A DNA stretch of 64,000 nt from positions 832-64,831 of the forward strand of contig DAIMDW010000026.1 in NCBI GenBank assembly GCA_036725605.1, given 5' to 3'. Below are positions 29,618-37,971 of this stretch, in pieces; within the stretch, counting starts at the first letter, position 1; every line of letters starts with the position of its first letter. The notes beneath the pieces were generated by a model that worked only from the letters and a program-made list of their open reading frames with translations, had not been told where the DNA came from and did not search any database. Position numbers and translations under genes: made by a program. The stretch comes from a bacterium (GTDB lineage Bacteria > Lernaellota > Lernaellaia > Lernaellales > Lernaellaceae).

Positions 29618-30265
29618 TCACGCATCGACGGCCACGCGGCCGTTGCGCATATGCACCTTGCCGTGGGCGATGGCGTCGAGCACCTTGCTGTACAATTCCC
29701 ACTCGATCGCCAGACCCCGCGCCTTGAGCGCCTCCAGATCGTCGTCGGGCAGCACCGGCACGGTCCGTTGCGCGATCACCGGCCCGGTGTCCATGCCCGC
29801 GTCAATGAAATGCACCGTAACCTTCGTCTCGCTCAACCGCGGCCCTTTTTTGGTCAGGCCCATGGCGAATTCATAACCGTGCACGCCCTGGTACGCCGCC
29901 GTGTCGGCCGGATGAATGTTCACGATGCCCGGCAGGTCCAGGCGATCGCAACGGTGCCGCGCGATGAACTCGGCGGTCATCAACCGCATGTAGCCGGCCA
30001 GGGCGATCATCTCGTAATCGTACGGGGCCAGCAGTTCCGTCAGCGCGGCTTCGTGCTCGGCCCGCGAGGCGAAATGCCGATCGTCCAGCGCCACGGTGGG
30101 CAAACCGAGCTTTTTCGCCCGCGCCAGTCCGTAAGCGTTCAGCCGATTGGCGACGACCACGACGATCTCGCAGTGGATTTTTCCTTCAAGGCAACTTTTC
30201 GCGATCGCTTCGAAATTCGACCCGCCGCCGGATAAAAAAACGGCCAGCCGCAACTTGTCGGACAT
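29618..30265 (-). CDS. purN: Phosphoribosylglycinamide formyltransferase PurN.
   Basis: KLRLAVFLSGGGSNFEAI and the conserved HPADTAAYQGVHGYE region. The start is at MSDKLR, preceded by GGAGGGA. The listed ORF extends 11 codons further upstream. Confidence 0.85.
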   Translation of the reverse strand: MSDKLRLAVFLSGGGSNFEAIAKSCLEGKIHCEIVVVVANRLNAYGLARAKKLGLPTVALDDRHFASRAEHEAALTELLAPYDYEMIALAGYMRLMTAEFIARHRCDRLDLPGIVNIHPADTAAYQGVHGYEFAMGLTKKGPRLSETKVTVHFIDAGMDTGPVIAQRTVPVLPDDDLEALKARGLAIEWELYSKVLDAIAHGKVHMRNGRVAVDA

Positions 30266-30381
30266 TCTCCCTCCAGCGGGGATCACCTGTTGATTCAACG
30301 TCAGCCGTCGCTGTGCCGCGGGCGACTTGTGGCGGCACTATAACAGCGGTTGCGCCGCAGCGACAAGAGCAAAGCGGCGTT

Positions 30382-30786
30382 TCAGGAGGCCGGGAACGGC
30401 GAAAACTGATCGGCGACCACCTGCCAGCGATCGTCCTCGCGCACGAGGAACATCATGTCGCGCCCGGCCATGGTCAACGTCTGGGAGCCCAGGCGGCACG
30501 ACAACGTATAATTGTAGGTGACCACCGCCGTCTGCCCGCCGGCGTAGAGCTGGATTTTCTCGTCGCGCTCCTCCCAGCTATGCACGGTCACGCTGTCGGC
30601 GAAGCTCTGCCAGCCCTCGACGCACGCGTCGCGCCCCTCGCGCCGGAAGCGGTCGGTGGGGGTGATCGCCACCATGTCGCGGTGGAAGTAGTCGCGCAGC
30701 TTCAGCGGATCGCCCTCGGTGGTCCAGGCGCGGTTGAGCGTCTGCACCGTGCGCCAGACCTCGGCGCGCAGGATGTCATCGTTCAT
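30382..30786 (-). CDS. SnoaL-like / DUF4440 NTF2-fold protein.
   Basis: 134-aa ORF with the typical NTF2-like pattern (W..V..L..AW...D...L...F..D). Confidence 0.6.
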   Translation of the reverse strand: MNDDILRAEVWRTVQTLNRAWTTEGDPLKLRDYFHRDMVAITPTDRFRREGRDACVEGWQSFADSVTVHSWEERDEKIQLYAGGQTAVVTYNYTLSCRLGSQTLTMAGRDMMFLVREDDRWQVVADQFSPFPAS

Positions 30787-30804
30787 CGGTTCGCCTTTCC
30801 GCGA

Positions 30805-31389
30805 TTACTCGCCCTTGTGTTTTTTGCCCACCTGCCATGCGGGCGCGATGTACTCGCCCAGGCGCCAGTACGACGGTTTGGGGAAGGTGAACAGCATCGG
30901 GTTGATTTTCAGCCAGTCGACCTTGTCGTCGGCCAGCACATCCTCTTCGGCGTACACCGCGACGATCTCGCCGAAGTAGGCCGTGTCGCCGGCCATCGCC
31001 ACCGAGTTGATCAGCTTGCACTCGGCGGTGAGCGGACAATCACGGATCATCGGCGCGGCGGTTTCCCGGCCGGTGAAGGTCGGAAACGTGCAGCTTTTAT
31101 CGACCTTCGCGCCCGAGACGAGGCCGCAGTGGTCGGTAACCTCGACCATCGACGGCGTCGGAATGTTGATGCTGAATTCGCCGGTTTGCTCGATGATCCG
31201 ACTGGTGCGGTGCTCGGGATTGAGACCGCACACGATCGTCGGCGGTTTGAAGTTGACGATGCCCACGAACGCGGCCGGCATGTAATTCGCCTTGCCCTCG
31301 ATCGCCGCGCCAACCAGCACCAGCGGCATCGGCACGATGAACGGACCGGGCTCGATTTGTTTTTTGGCCATGATGGAAAAACCCCTCAT
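30805..31389 (-). CDS. Flavin-reductase-like FMN-binding domain protein.
   Basis: PMPLVLVGAAIEGKANYMPAAFVGIV matches the flavin reductase-like split-barrel. Size 194 aa. Confidence 0.7.
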   Translation of the reverse strand: MRGFSIMAKKQIEPGPFIVPMPLVLVGAAIEGKANYMPAAFVGIVNFKPPTIVCGLNPEHRTSRIIEQTGEFSINIPTPSMVEVTDHCGLVSGAKVDKSCTFPTFTGRETAAPMIRDCPLTAECKLINSVAMAGDTAYFGEIVAVYAEEDVLADDKVDWLKINPMLFTFPKPSYWRLGEYIAPAWQVGKKHKGE

Positions 31390-31454
31390 TCAATTCGGTG
31401 TGCGGCCAATGTAGACCGGCAAGGAAGGGCGGTCAATCGGCGGGCCCGTCGTTT

Positions 31455-32141
31455 TCACTTAAAGAAGTAGCCGGCCACGCCGCCGACGGCGAACCACAAA
31501 ACGATCTGCCCGACGATCAGCGCGATGCCGCGGCCGTCGTCCGGAAAGACCTCGCGGATCGTCATCCGGCCGGTGCGGATCGCGGAGATCGCGCGCCAGT
31601 AGTTGCTCAGCGCGACGACGAACGCGGCGGCGATCATCGTGACCGACAGCCAATCCGGACGCGTCGCGACCAGGTTGACCTCCCACCAGGCCCGTGCGAA
31701 ATCCCACATCCCCAGGCCCAGCAGGCCGCCGACCAGCAGCGGGGTGATGCCCAGGTCTTCCCAGGCCGTGGCGCCCTCGCGGTTGCGCGTGAACAGCAGT
31801 TGCGCGACGAAGACGAGCACCAGCGCGACGGCCTCCAGCAGCATCTCTTCGAGGAAGAAGTTCCAGAGCGTCCCCTGTCCGGCGAACTGCCGCGCGCCGA
31901 CGATCACGGGCGGCACGACGAACAACCAGCGCGCCTTCGCCCGCGCCGGCTCGGTCCGCGCCGCGAACAGGCCGAGGAAGAGAATCTGATACACCAGCAG
32001 CACCACCCACCCCAGCAGCATCGCCAGCCCGCCGCGCCCGCCGACCGCAAACACCGCCACGTACCCCAGGTACGGCAGCACGGCGTAGTAGCCCGCCTGG
32101 ATGGTGCGAATCAGCGAAAATGGATGGGAAGTCTCTTCCAT
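31455..32141 (-). CDS. Integral membrane protein with about 6 TM helices, function unknown.
   Basis: Strongly hydrophobic 228-aa ORF with GC-rich codon usage matching the host background. Confidence 0.55.
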   Translation of the reverse strand: MEETSHPFSLIRTIQAGYYAVLPYLGYVAVFAVGGRGGLAMLLGWVVLLVYQILFLGLFAARTEPARAKARWLFVVPPVIVGARQFAGQGTLWNFFLEEMLLEAVALVLVFVAQLLFTRNREGATAWEDLGITPLLVGGLLGLGMWDFARAWWEVNLVATRPDWLSVTMIAAAFVVALSNYWRAISAIRTGRMTIREVFPDDGRGIALIVGQIVLWFAVGGVAGYFFK

Positions 32142-32551
32142 GGACCGGTTATAACGGGAAGCCGCAACGGAGACAATCGCGGTGGGCCGGGCGTGGCTTC
32201 AACCGCCGTAGTGCGTCACGCAGAGATCTTCGATTTTCTCGGAAAAGTTGCCGACCGAATCGGCGATCTCGATGTCGAGTTTCATTTTTCATCATTCTTA
32301 ATCCGCTTTGCGGATACTGCAAAATGGGCCGATGGTCGATCGAGAACATCGATCTGCTCTGACAAACCGAAAAGGAGTTTCCAAACACAGGTCTCTAATA
32401 ACCATTAATATTAGAAGACGAACTGTAAGACAAGGGATTGACTTTTACATATGATCCAATATTTTAGTGAAATTTATTGGGTTGATTATAAATTGATTTA
32501 TATATATCATATTCTCATATCTAGACACATTCAGATGGGAAGGAATGAAAC

Positions 32552-34066
32552 ATGTTTAAAAGGCGTTTATTTTTACGCATATTAGGCGGACTATTTATCA
32601 TAATTGGAGCTTATCTTTGGTTTACAGATGACCGATCATTTTCGTTGAATATTTTTTCTTTTACAATTGAAATCCCAATTTACTTCTTTGTAGCAACTTT
32701 AGGATTATTTCTAGTCTGGGAGCCAAGTTTGATATTTGATTTTCTGGGAAATACTTTTAATTCCGAAAAGATTCTTTCATTTGCGCAGAGGATAGGAGTA
32801 TTTGGTTTAACTGAAGAAAATCCTACACCAGTACAACTCGCAAAATCATTGAAAAGGCAGGTATCAATAGATAACTCTAAAACAGTTTTTTTTGTGCTTA
32901 TTTTGGTTTTTGGAATGTTTTCATTTGTTCCAAAGATTGTCTCAGATAAAATTTCCGATGACGATTTTAAGGACAACTCAAAACAACTAGTAACATTAAT
33001 TCAAGAATCTAGGGTCGACTTCGATTCGGCAGACATGTTCAGACGCTTCATTTTGAACAACAAAAATATATTGTCATCAGAAAAATATTCAAGTTCGGAT
33101 ACGGGAAAGTTATTTTCTTATTTAGAGCGACTTTTTTCACCAGAAATTAGCGACCAAAGAAAATTTGATGAAATTCTAGCAAGAGAAATCTATGGGGAGA
33201 TAAAGGAAAAAGTAAATGCCGACACTCAATTAATCGAATCAGGCCTTTTCGAGATCCCAAAATGTTTAAATGATCCTGTAGAGATGCGATCTACACTTCT
33301 TACTTTTTTTGCTATTGTATGTCAAAAACAAGGGGGGCATGGAAAGCACCTAGATCCATACATATATGCACGACAACTTTTAAATATTGCTTTCAAGGAA
33401 CTTCCTCAAAATGCCAAAGCGCCAGCAACTTATAATGCAATGGGAGTTAATTACGCATCCACATTTAAAAGCTATGGACAATATTTAGAAAGATTTTCTC
33501 GTAATGAGCCAATGAGAACAAAATTTTGCGATGCTATCGGCGAAAAAAAGGCGCTCACACGATTACAACTAGTAAGAAAATCACTTATGTATTTTGAACA
33601 AGCCTTTAAACAGAGCACTAACAACATGATGGAAGCGCGTTATAGAAATAACCACACAGATATGATGATCGAGATTCTTTCATCAGCGCACCTTGATAAT
33701 ATAAACTATTTTAAGGAGATAACCGATCGTGAAGATGAAATTTTTTTAGAAAAACATGTGGCACGACATGGTAACAAAGAAACTCTTTCACGTATTCTTG
33801 AAGAATTAACTACTGAAGTGAATATTGCATTGAAGCTATCGAAAGAACCAGAGATATTTTATACAAGAGCCCAATTATATTCTGTTGGATACAAGATAAA
33901 TGTATCACAATCCTTAAAAATTCAACCTTGGGCCAATGAAACATGGGTGCTAAATAAAATTCATGATGATTTGCAGATCGCAAAATCACTTGGATTGCAA
34001 GAAGAACTTTTTAATATTGACGCATTGAAACGCCTACATGTGGTATCGGATCGACCACTTTTATAA
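32552..34066 (+). CDS. AT-rich-island gene 1: membrane-anchored protein with 2–3 N-terminal TM helices and an about 380-aa helical cytoplasmic domain of unknown function.
   Basis: Hydrophobic segments LFLRILGGLFIIIGAYLWF, IPIYFFVATLGLFLVW and TVFFVLILVFGMFSFV. The rest is charged and helical with no known motif. AT-rich codon usage. Confidence 0.65.
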   Translation: MFKRRLFLRILGGLFIIIGAYLWFTDDRSFSLNIFSFTIEIPIYFFVATLGLFLVWEPSLIFDFLGNTFNSEKILSFAQRIGVFGLTEENPTPVQLAKSLKRQVSIDNSKTVFFVLILVFGMFSFVPKIVSDKISDDDFKDNSKQLVTLIQESRVDFDSADMFRRFILNNKNILSSEKYSSSDTGKLFSYLERLFSPEISDQRKFDEILAREIYGEIKEKVNADTQLIESGLFEIPKCLNDPVEMRSTLLTFFAIVCQKQGGHGKHLDPYIYARQLLNIAFKELPQNAKAPATYNAMGVNYASTFKSYGQYLERFSRNEPMRTKFCDAIGEKKALTRLQLVRKSLMYFEQAFKQSTNNMMEARYRNNHTDMMIEILSSAHLDNINYFKEITDREDEIFLEKHVARHGNKETLSRILEELTTEVNIALKLSKEPEIFYTRAQLYSVGYKINVSQSLKIQPWANETWVLNKIHDDLQIAKSLGLQEELFNIDALKRLHVVSDRPLL

Positions 34067-34075
34067 GGAGATACT

Positions 34076-34909
34076 ATGAATAAAAATCAGGTTTTTAACG
34101 ATACTGTTGAACAAATCCAGCATGATGCCACCAGGCAAATGTTGGCATTAATTCATGGGATATTTATTGTAGCTGACGGGAAAAAAGTGAATAATCCGAA
34201 TGTATTAACAGAGCAGATAAATGAAGATTCGATACATCGTAATTTTGAGAAAATAAAAAATAAATTCATCCACAATTATGAAGTCTTTCCCATATTTGAT
34301 TTTATTTTCAATGGTATTGAAAGATTAAATTTATTATTTATGAACGCTCAAGGATTTTTTCGCCACAAAGAAGAGTATGTTCTTGAAATAAAGAAAATAA
34401 GTGTAACAGATTTGTTATTAGACGTGATTGATTTTTATTCTGGCATTTCGGCGGTTCAAAATATTGATATTTATACTGAGTTTTCAGATACACCTCATAT
34501 TTTAGCTGATTACGGTTTACTTTTTAGAGCATTTTGTAACATTATAGATAATGCTATAAAATATAGTTACTCCAAAGATTCAGCAGATCGTAAGAGGTAT
34601 ATTTATGTTACATGTAGACGACACTCCCAAATGGGACACATAATTATTGAAGTGTCATCATATGGTGTGAAACTTGAAGATGACGAATTGCTGAATTATA
34701 AAATGTTCCAATATGGCGTAAGAGGAGTATATGCGTCTGATCGAGATCGCCACGGGAGCGGGATTGGACTAGCTGAAGTAAAAAGAATTATTAATAGTCA
34801 TGGTGGAAATGTGGATATATTTTTTTCAAAAAAAGAAGGAGAGCCAGGCGGTGTTACTGTATTGAAAGTCGTGCTACCACCTGAAAGTGGAATTAGAAAG
34901 AAGGAATAA
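34076..34909 (+). CDS. AT-rich-island gene 2: soluble histidine-kinase-like ATPase (HisKA_3-like H-box plus HATPase_c) with no sensor domain.
   Basis: Candidate H-box QIQHDATRQMLALIHGI, N-box FCNIIDNAIKYS, G-box DRHGSGIGLAEVKRIINSHGGNV. No TM segments. It starts 10 bp after gene 1. Confidence 0.65.
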   Translation: MNKNQVFNDTVEQIQHDATRQMLALIHGIFIVADGKKVNNPNVLTEQINEDSIHRNFEKIKNKFIHNYEVFPIFDFIFNGIERLNLLFMNAQGFFRHKEEYVLEIKKISVTDLLLDVIDFYSGISAVQNIDIYTEFSDTPHILADYGLLFRAFCNIIDNAIKYSYSKDSADRKRYIYVTCRRHSQMGHIIIEVSSYGVKLEDDELLNYKMFQYGVRGVYASDRDRHGSGIGLAEVKRIINSHGGNVDIFFSKKEGEPGGVTVLKVVLPPESGIRKKE

Positions 34910-35340
34910 TGAGTGAAGACTTTATCACAAACATCAAATTCGCTGCAGATAAAAACGATTTATCACTTACTATATTATGGCTCGACGATGACACCATAGG
35001 AGATACGTTCTTTTTAGATAATGTGCAGGTAGTTACAGCAAAAAGTTGTAAAAGAGCTGATGAAAAATTACATAAAGATGTTGTTTTTTCAGGAGCAGTT
35101 ATTGATATTATTGTACCTCAAGAAGGATGGGGGGAACATTATTACAAATATGCAGGATTGGAATTCGTCAGGTATTTAAGAAAAACATTCGATGATGAAC
35201 TTAAAGTATTTGTTTTGACAAATCAAATTCCATGGGCTTTAAATAAGGCTGATATTATAAACGCAGGAGCAAAAAATGTGCTATTAAAAAAAGATTGTGG
35301 ATTGCGCAACTTATTACCATGTTTTTTCAGTAATGATTGA
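34909..35340 (+). CDS. AT-rich-island gene 3: receiver-like (REC) single-domain protein, possibly degenerate.
   Basis: ILWLDDD (acidic pocket), AVIDIIVPQ (phospho-Asp position), KVFVLTNQ (Thr) and NVLLKKD (Lys) sit in REC-like spacing. Its start overlaps gene 2's stop (ATGA). Confidence 0.5.
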   Translation: MSEDFITNIKFAADKNDLSLTILWLDDDTIGDTFFLDNVQVVTAKSCKRADEKLHKDVVFSGAVIDIIVPQEGWGEHYYKYAGLEFVRYLRKTFDDELKVFVLTNQIPWALNKADIINAGAKNVLLKKDCGLRNLLPCFFSND

Positions 35341-35359
35341 TTGAAAGGATTAAAACATA

Positions 35360-35707
35360 ATGTGTAGAATTTTCATAAGACTTATTAACAAATTTCGTCC
35401 ACGTAAGGGATATTTAAAACGAATTGAGAATTATGAAGAGAAATTTTCCCATCATGGTGAACGCGTGTCGTTAGAGGAAACTGCAAGTGTTCATGTAGCC
35501 AAGCTTGTTCTTTTTCGCAATCCAGAATTCAGGTTGGCCAGTTTACAAACATTGGCTGAACAGGGCTGTCAAGAATGCTTCGCCCCAGCGTTAAAAGATG
35601 CAATCTCAAGTGCAAAAAAATGGCCTCACGAACCTATAGAACACCATGCCTGCCATGTTTTTAATGTTTTAAGCACATACAACAAAGCACATGATAAAGA
35701 ACTTTAG
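35360..35707 (+). CDS. AT-rich-island gene 4: small helical protein of 115 aa, function unknown.
   Basis: It lies 20 bp after gene 3 and has a Cys/His-rich C-terminus (CQECF...HEPIEHHACH). Hpt-like or HEAT-like roles are both speculative. Confidence 0.4.
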   Translation: MCRIFIRLINKFRPRKGYLKRIENYEEKFSHHGERVSLEETASVHVAKLVLFRNPEFRLASLQTLAEQGCQECFAPALKDAISSAKKWPHEPIEHHACHVFNVLSTYNKAHDKEL

Positions 35708-36263
35708 AAATAATGTTTTGTAAAGTCTACGTAATTCATTTGATACGTAAAAGATAACATCTCTCCATACAGTTCACTTTTTCAGGCGATAATTATTTGA
35801 CTCTTCGCTTTTGTTTGTTTCGCCAGTTCGATGGTTTTAATCGGTTATCGGCCCTGATTACGACAATTACGGTAGGGGGAGTTAATAATTGTTGTGATTC
35901 AACTCGGCACCCAACCCCTCTTGCAGCACCTCGACCGATTGATTCATCAAATGTCTTGCGCGGCACAATGTGAATAACTCACTGAGGATTGTACAACTGA
36001 AGAATTCGACAAAACCATGGGAACACAGACAATCGATCAAAAACACCACCGATAATTAATCGGCAAGATGGCAACTAACTCACTTACCTCCTATCTCAAA
36101 TAATCATTTCCATTTCCCGCCCGCCTCCGTTACCCTTTTCACAGCGCCCGGCCTTTCACAAAACTGCGCGGAATCGTTTAAGAATTGGACAGTGCGAAAT
36201 GGAAATGTGGAATAACTCTGTGTTGTTGCGTCGGTTTTTTGCCGCGGTGCGGCGATTTTCTCA

Positions 36264-36291
36264 TTGACTAACTCGTGAATAGTTATAGAAT
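36264..36291 (+). promoter_or_regulatory. Sigma-70-like promoter upstream of rnfA.
   Basis: TTGACT, 16 nt, TAGAAT, lying about 50 bp upstream of the rnfA start. Confidence 0.4.
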
Positions 36292-36342
36292 CGCAAACCC
36301 CCGATCCCCGTCGGGAGAGCAGAGGGGTTAGGAGTTCAAACG

Positions 36343-36921
36343 ATGACTGGGTTGTTGCTGCTCGCTATCTCTGCCGTGCTGGTGAACAACTTTGTTCTCG
36401 CCCGCTTTTTGGGGATCTGCCCCTTCTTGGGCGTGTCGCGCAAGGTTGAAACCGCAATCGGCATGGGAATGGCGGTAATTTTCGTCATGACCGTCGCCGG
36501 CGTCGTGACCTGGCTGCTGCAGCGGCTGGTGCTGGTGCCCTCCGACGTGACCTACCTGCAGACGATCGTCTTCATCTTGGTGATCGCCGCGCTGGTGCAG
36601 TTCGTCGAAATGGTTATCCAGAAGGTCAGTCCGGTGCTGTACCAGGCCCTGGGCATCTACCTGCCGCTGATCACCACCAACTGCGCCGTGCTGGGCGTGG
36701 CGGTGCTCAACGTGCAGGAAGAGTTCAGCTTCGCCGAGATGCTGGTCTTCTCGTTTTCGGCGGCCGTCGGCTTCACGCTGGCGCTGGTGCTGTTCGCCGG
36801 CATCCGCGAGCGGATCGAATACGCCGACGTTCCCGCTTCCCTCAAAGGCACGGGCATCGCGCTGGTGACGGCGGGCTTGCTCGCGCTGGCCTTCATGGGC
36901 TTTGCCGGATTGGTGAAATAA
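36343..36921 (+). CDS. rnfA: Rnf electron-transport complex subunit A.
   Basis: [32 protein letters not shown] is canonical RnfA/NqrE-like. Preceded by aggag. Confidence 0.95.
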   Translation: MTGLLLLAISAVLVNNFVLARFLGICPFLGVSRKVETAIGMGMAVIFVMTVAGVVTWLLQRLVLVPSDVTYLQTIVFILVIAALVQFVEMVIQKVSPVLYQALGIYLPLITTNCAVLGVAVLNVQEEFSFAEMLVFSFSAAVGFTLALVLFAGIRERIEYADVPASLKGTGIALVTAGLLALAFMGFAGLVK

Positions 36922-36924
36922 ATC

Positions 36925-37971
36925 ATGCTGACTGCGATAATCATCCTGACGAGTATCGGTCTGGTCGCCGCCGTCGGCCTGGGCGTGGCCAGCCGCGTGT
37001 TCGCCGTGCAGGTCGATCCGCTGGTCGAGCAGGTGGCCGCGCTGGTGCCCGGCGTGAACTGCGGGGCCTGCGGCAACGCCAGTTGCAACCAGTTGGCCGA
37101 ACTGCTGGTGGCCGGCAAGGCGGGCATCGACGCCTGCCCGGTGATGAGCGACGCGACGCGCAATCAAATCGCCGCGTTGCTGGGCGTGGAATTCAAGCAG
37201 ACCGCCAAGCCCGTCGCCGTGCTGTTTTGCCAGGGCTCGAACGCGCACATCAAAGCCAAGTACGAGTACGACGGCGTGCCGACCTGCGCCGCGGCGAACA
37301 TGATCGCCGGCGGGTGGGCCGGCTGCTCGTTCGGCTGCCTGGGCTTCGCCGACTGCCAAAACGCCTGCCCCTTCGGCGCGATCGAGCTGGTCGACGGCCT
37401 GCCGGCGATCAACGAAGCCAAATGCACCGCCTGCGGCAAATGCGTCAAGGCCTGCCCGCGCGGGTTGTTCAAGCTGATGCCCTCGGACAAGCGCGTGCAC
37501 GTGCGCTGCTCGTCGCACGACAAAGGCAAGTTCGTGCGGCTGGGCTGCGACATCGGCTGCATCGCCTGCGCCAAGTGCGTGAAGACCTGCCCGGTCGAGG
37601 CGATCGCGCTGGTCAACGACCTGGCGGTGATCGACGAGACCAAGTGCATCGGCTGCGGCAAATGCGCAGCGGTCTGCCCGACCAAATCGATCGTCGATCA
37701 GGCCGGGCCGCATTACACCGCGCGCATCAACGCCAACTGCACCGGCTGCACCCTGTGCGCCCGCAAGTGCCCGGTCGGCGCGATCGGCGGCGAAAAGAAA
37801 CAGCTTCACTCCGTGGACGCCGCCAAGTGCGTGCAGTGCCACTTGTGCCACGACAGTTGCAATTTCGAAGCGATCGAACTGGTCGATGAAAGCGGAACGA
37901 TCATGATTCCCCCGAAACCGCGTAAGGCCAAGAAAGCGGCGGCGGCGCAGCAGCAGGAGGCGGCGCAATGA
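36925..37971 (+). CDS. rnfB: Rnf subunit B, a polyferredoxin-extended form.
   Basis: N-terminal anchor plus CGACGNASC, then at least four CxxCxxCxxxCP 4Fe-4S motifs. At 348 aa it is longer than the minimal RnfB. Confidence 0.9.
   Translation: MLTAIIILTSIGLVAAVGLGVASRVFAVQVDPLVEQVAALVPGVNCGACGNASCNQLAELLVAGKAGIDACPVMSDATRNQIAALLGVEFKQTAKPVAVLFCQGSNAHIKAKYEYDGVPTCAAANMIAGGWAGCSFGCLGFADCQNACPFGAIELVDGLPAINEAKCTACGKCVKACPRGLFKLMPSDKRVHVRCSSHDKGKFVRLGCDIGCIACAKCVKTCPVEAIALVNDLAVIDETKCIGCGKCAAVCPTKSIVDQAGPHYTARINANCTGCTLCARKCPVGAIGGEKKQLHSVDAAKCVQCHLCHDSCNFEAIELVDESGTIMIPPKPRKAKKAAAAQQQEAAQ

Noticed and set aside
35360-35707. Calling island gene 4 an Hpt phosphotransfer domain.
   Set aside because: The candidate His context (SVHVAKLV) lacks the HxxKG glycine. 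The helical content is compatible but not diagnostic. I kept it as a speculative possibility only.
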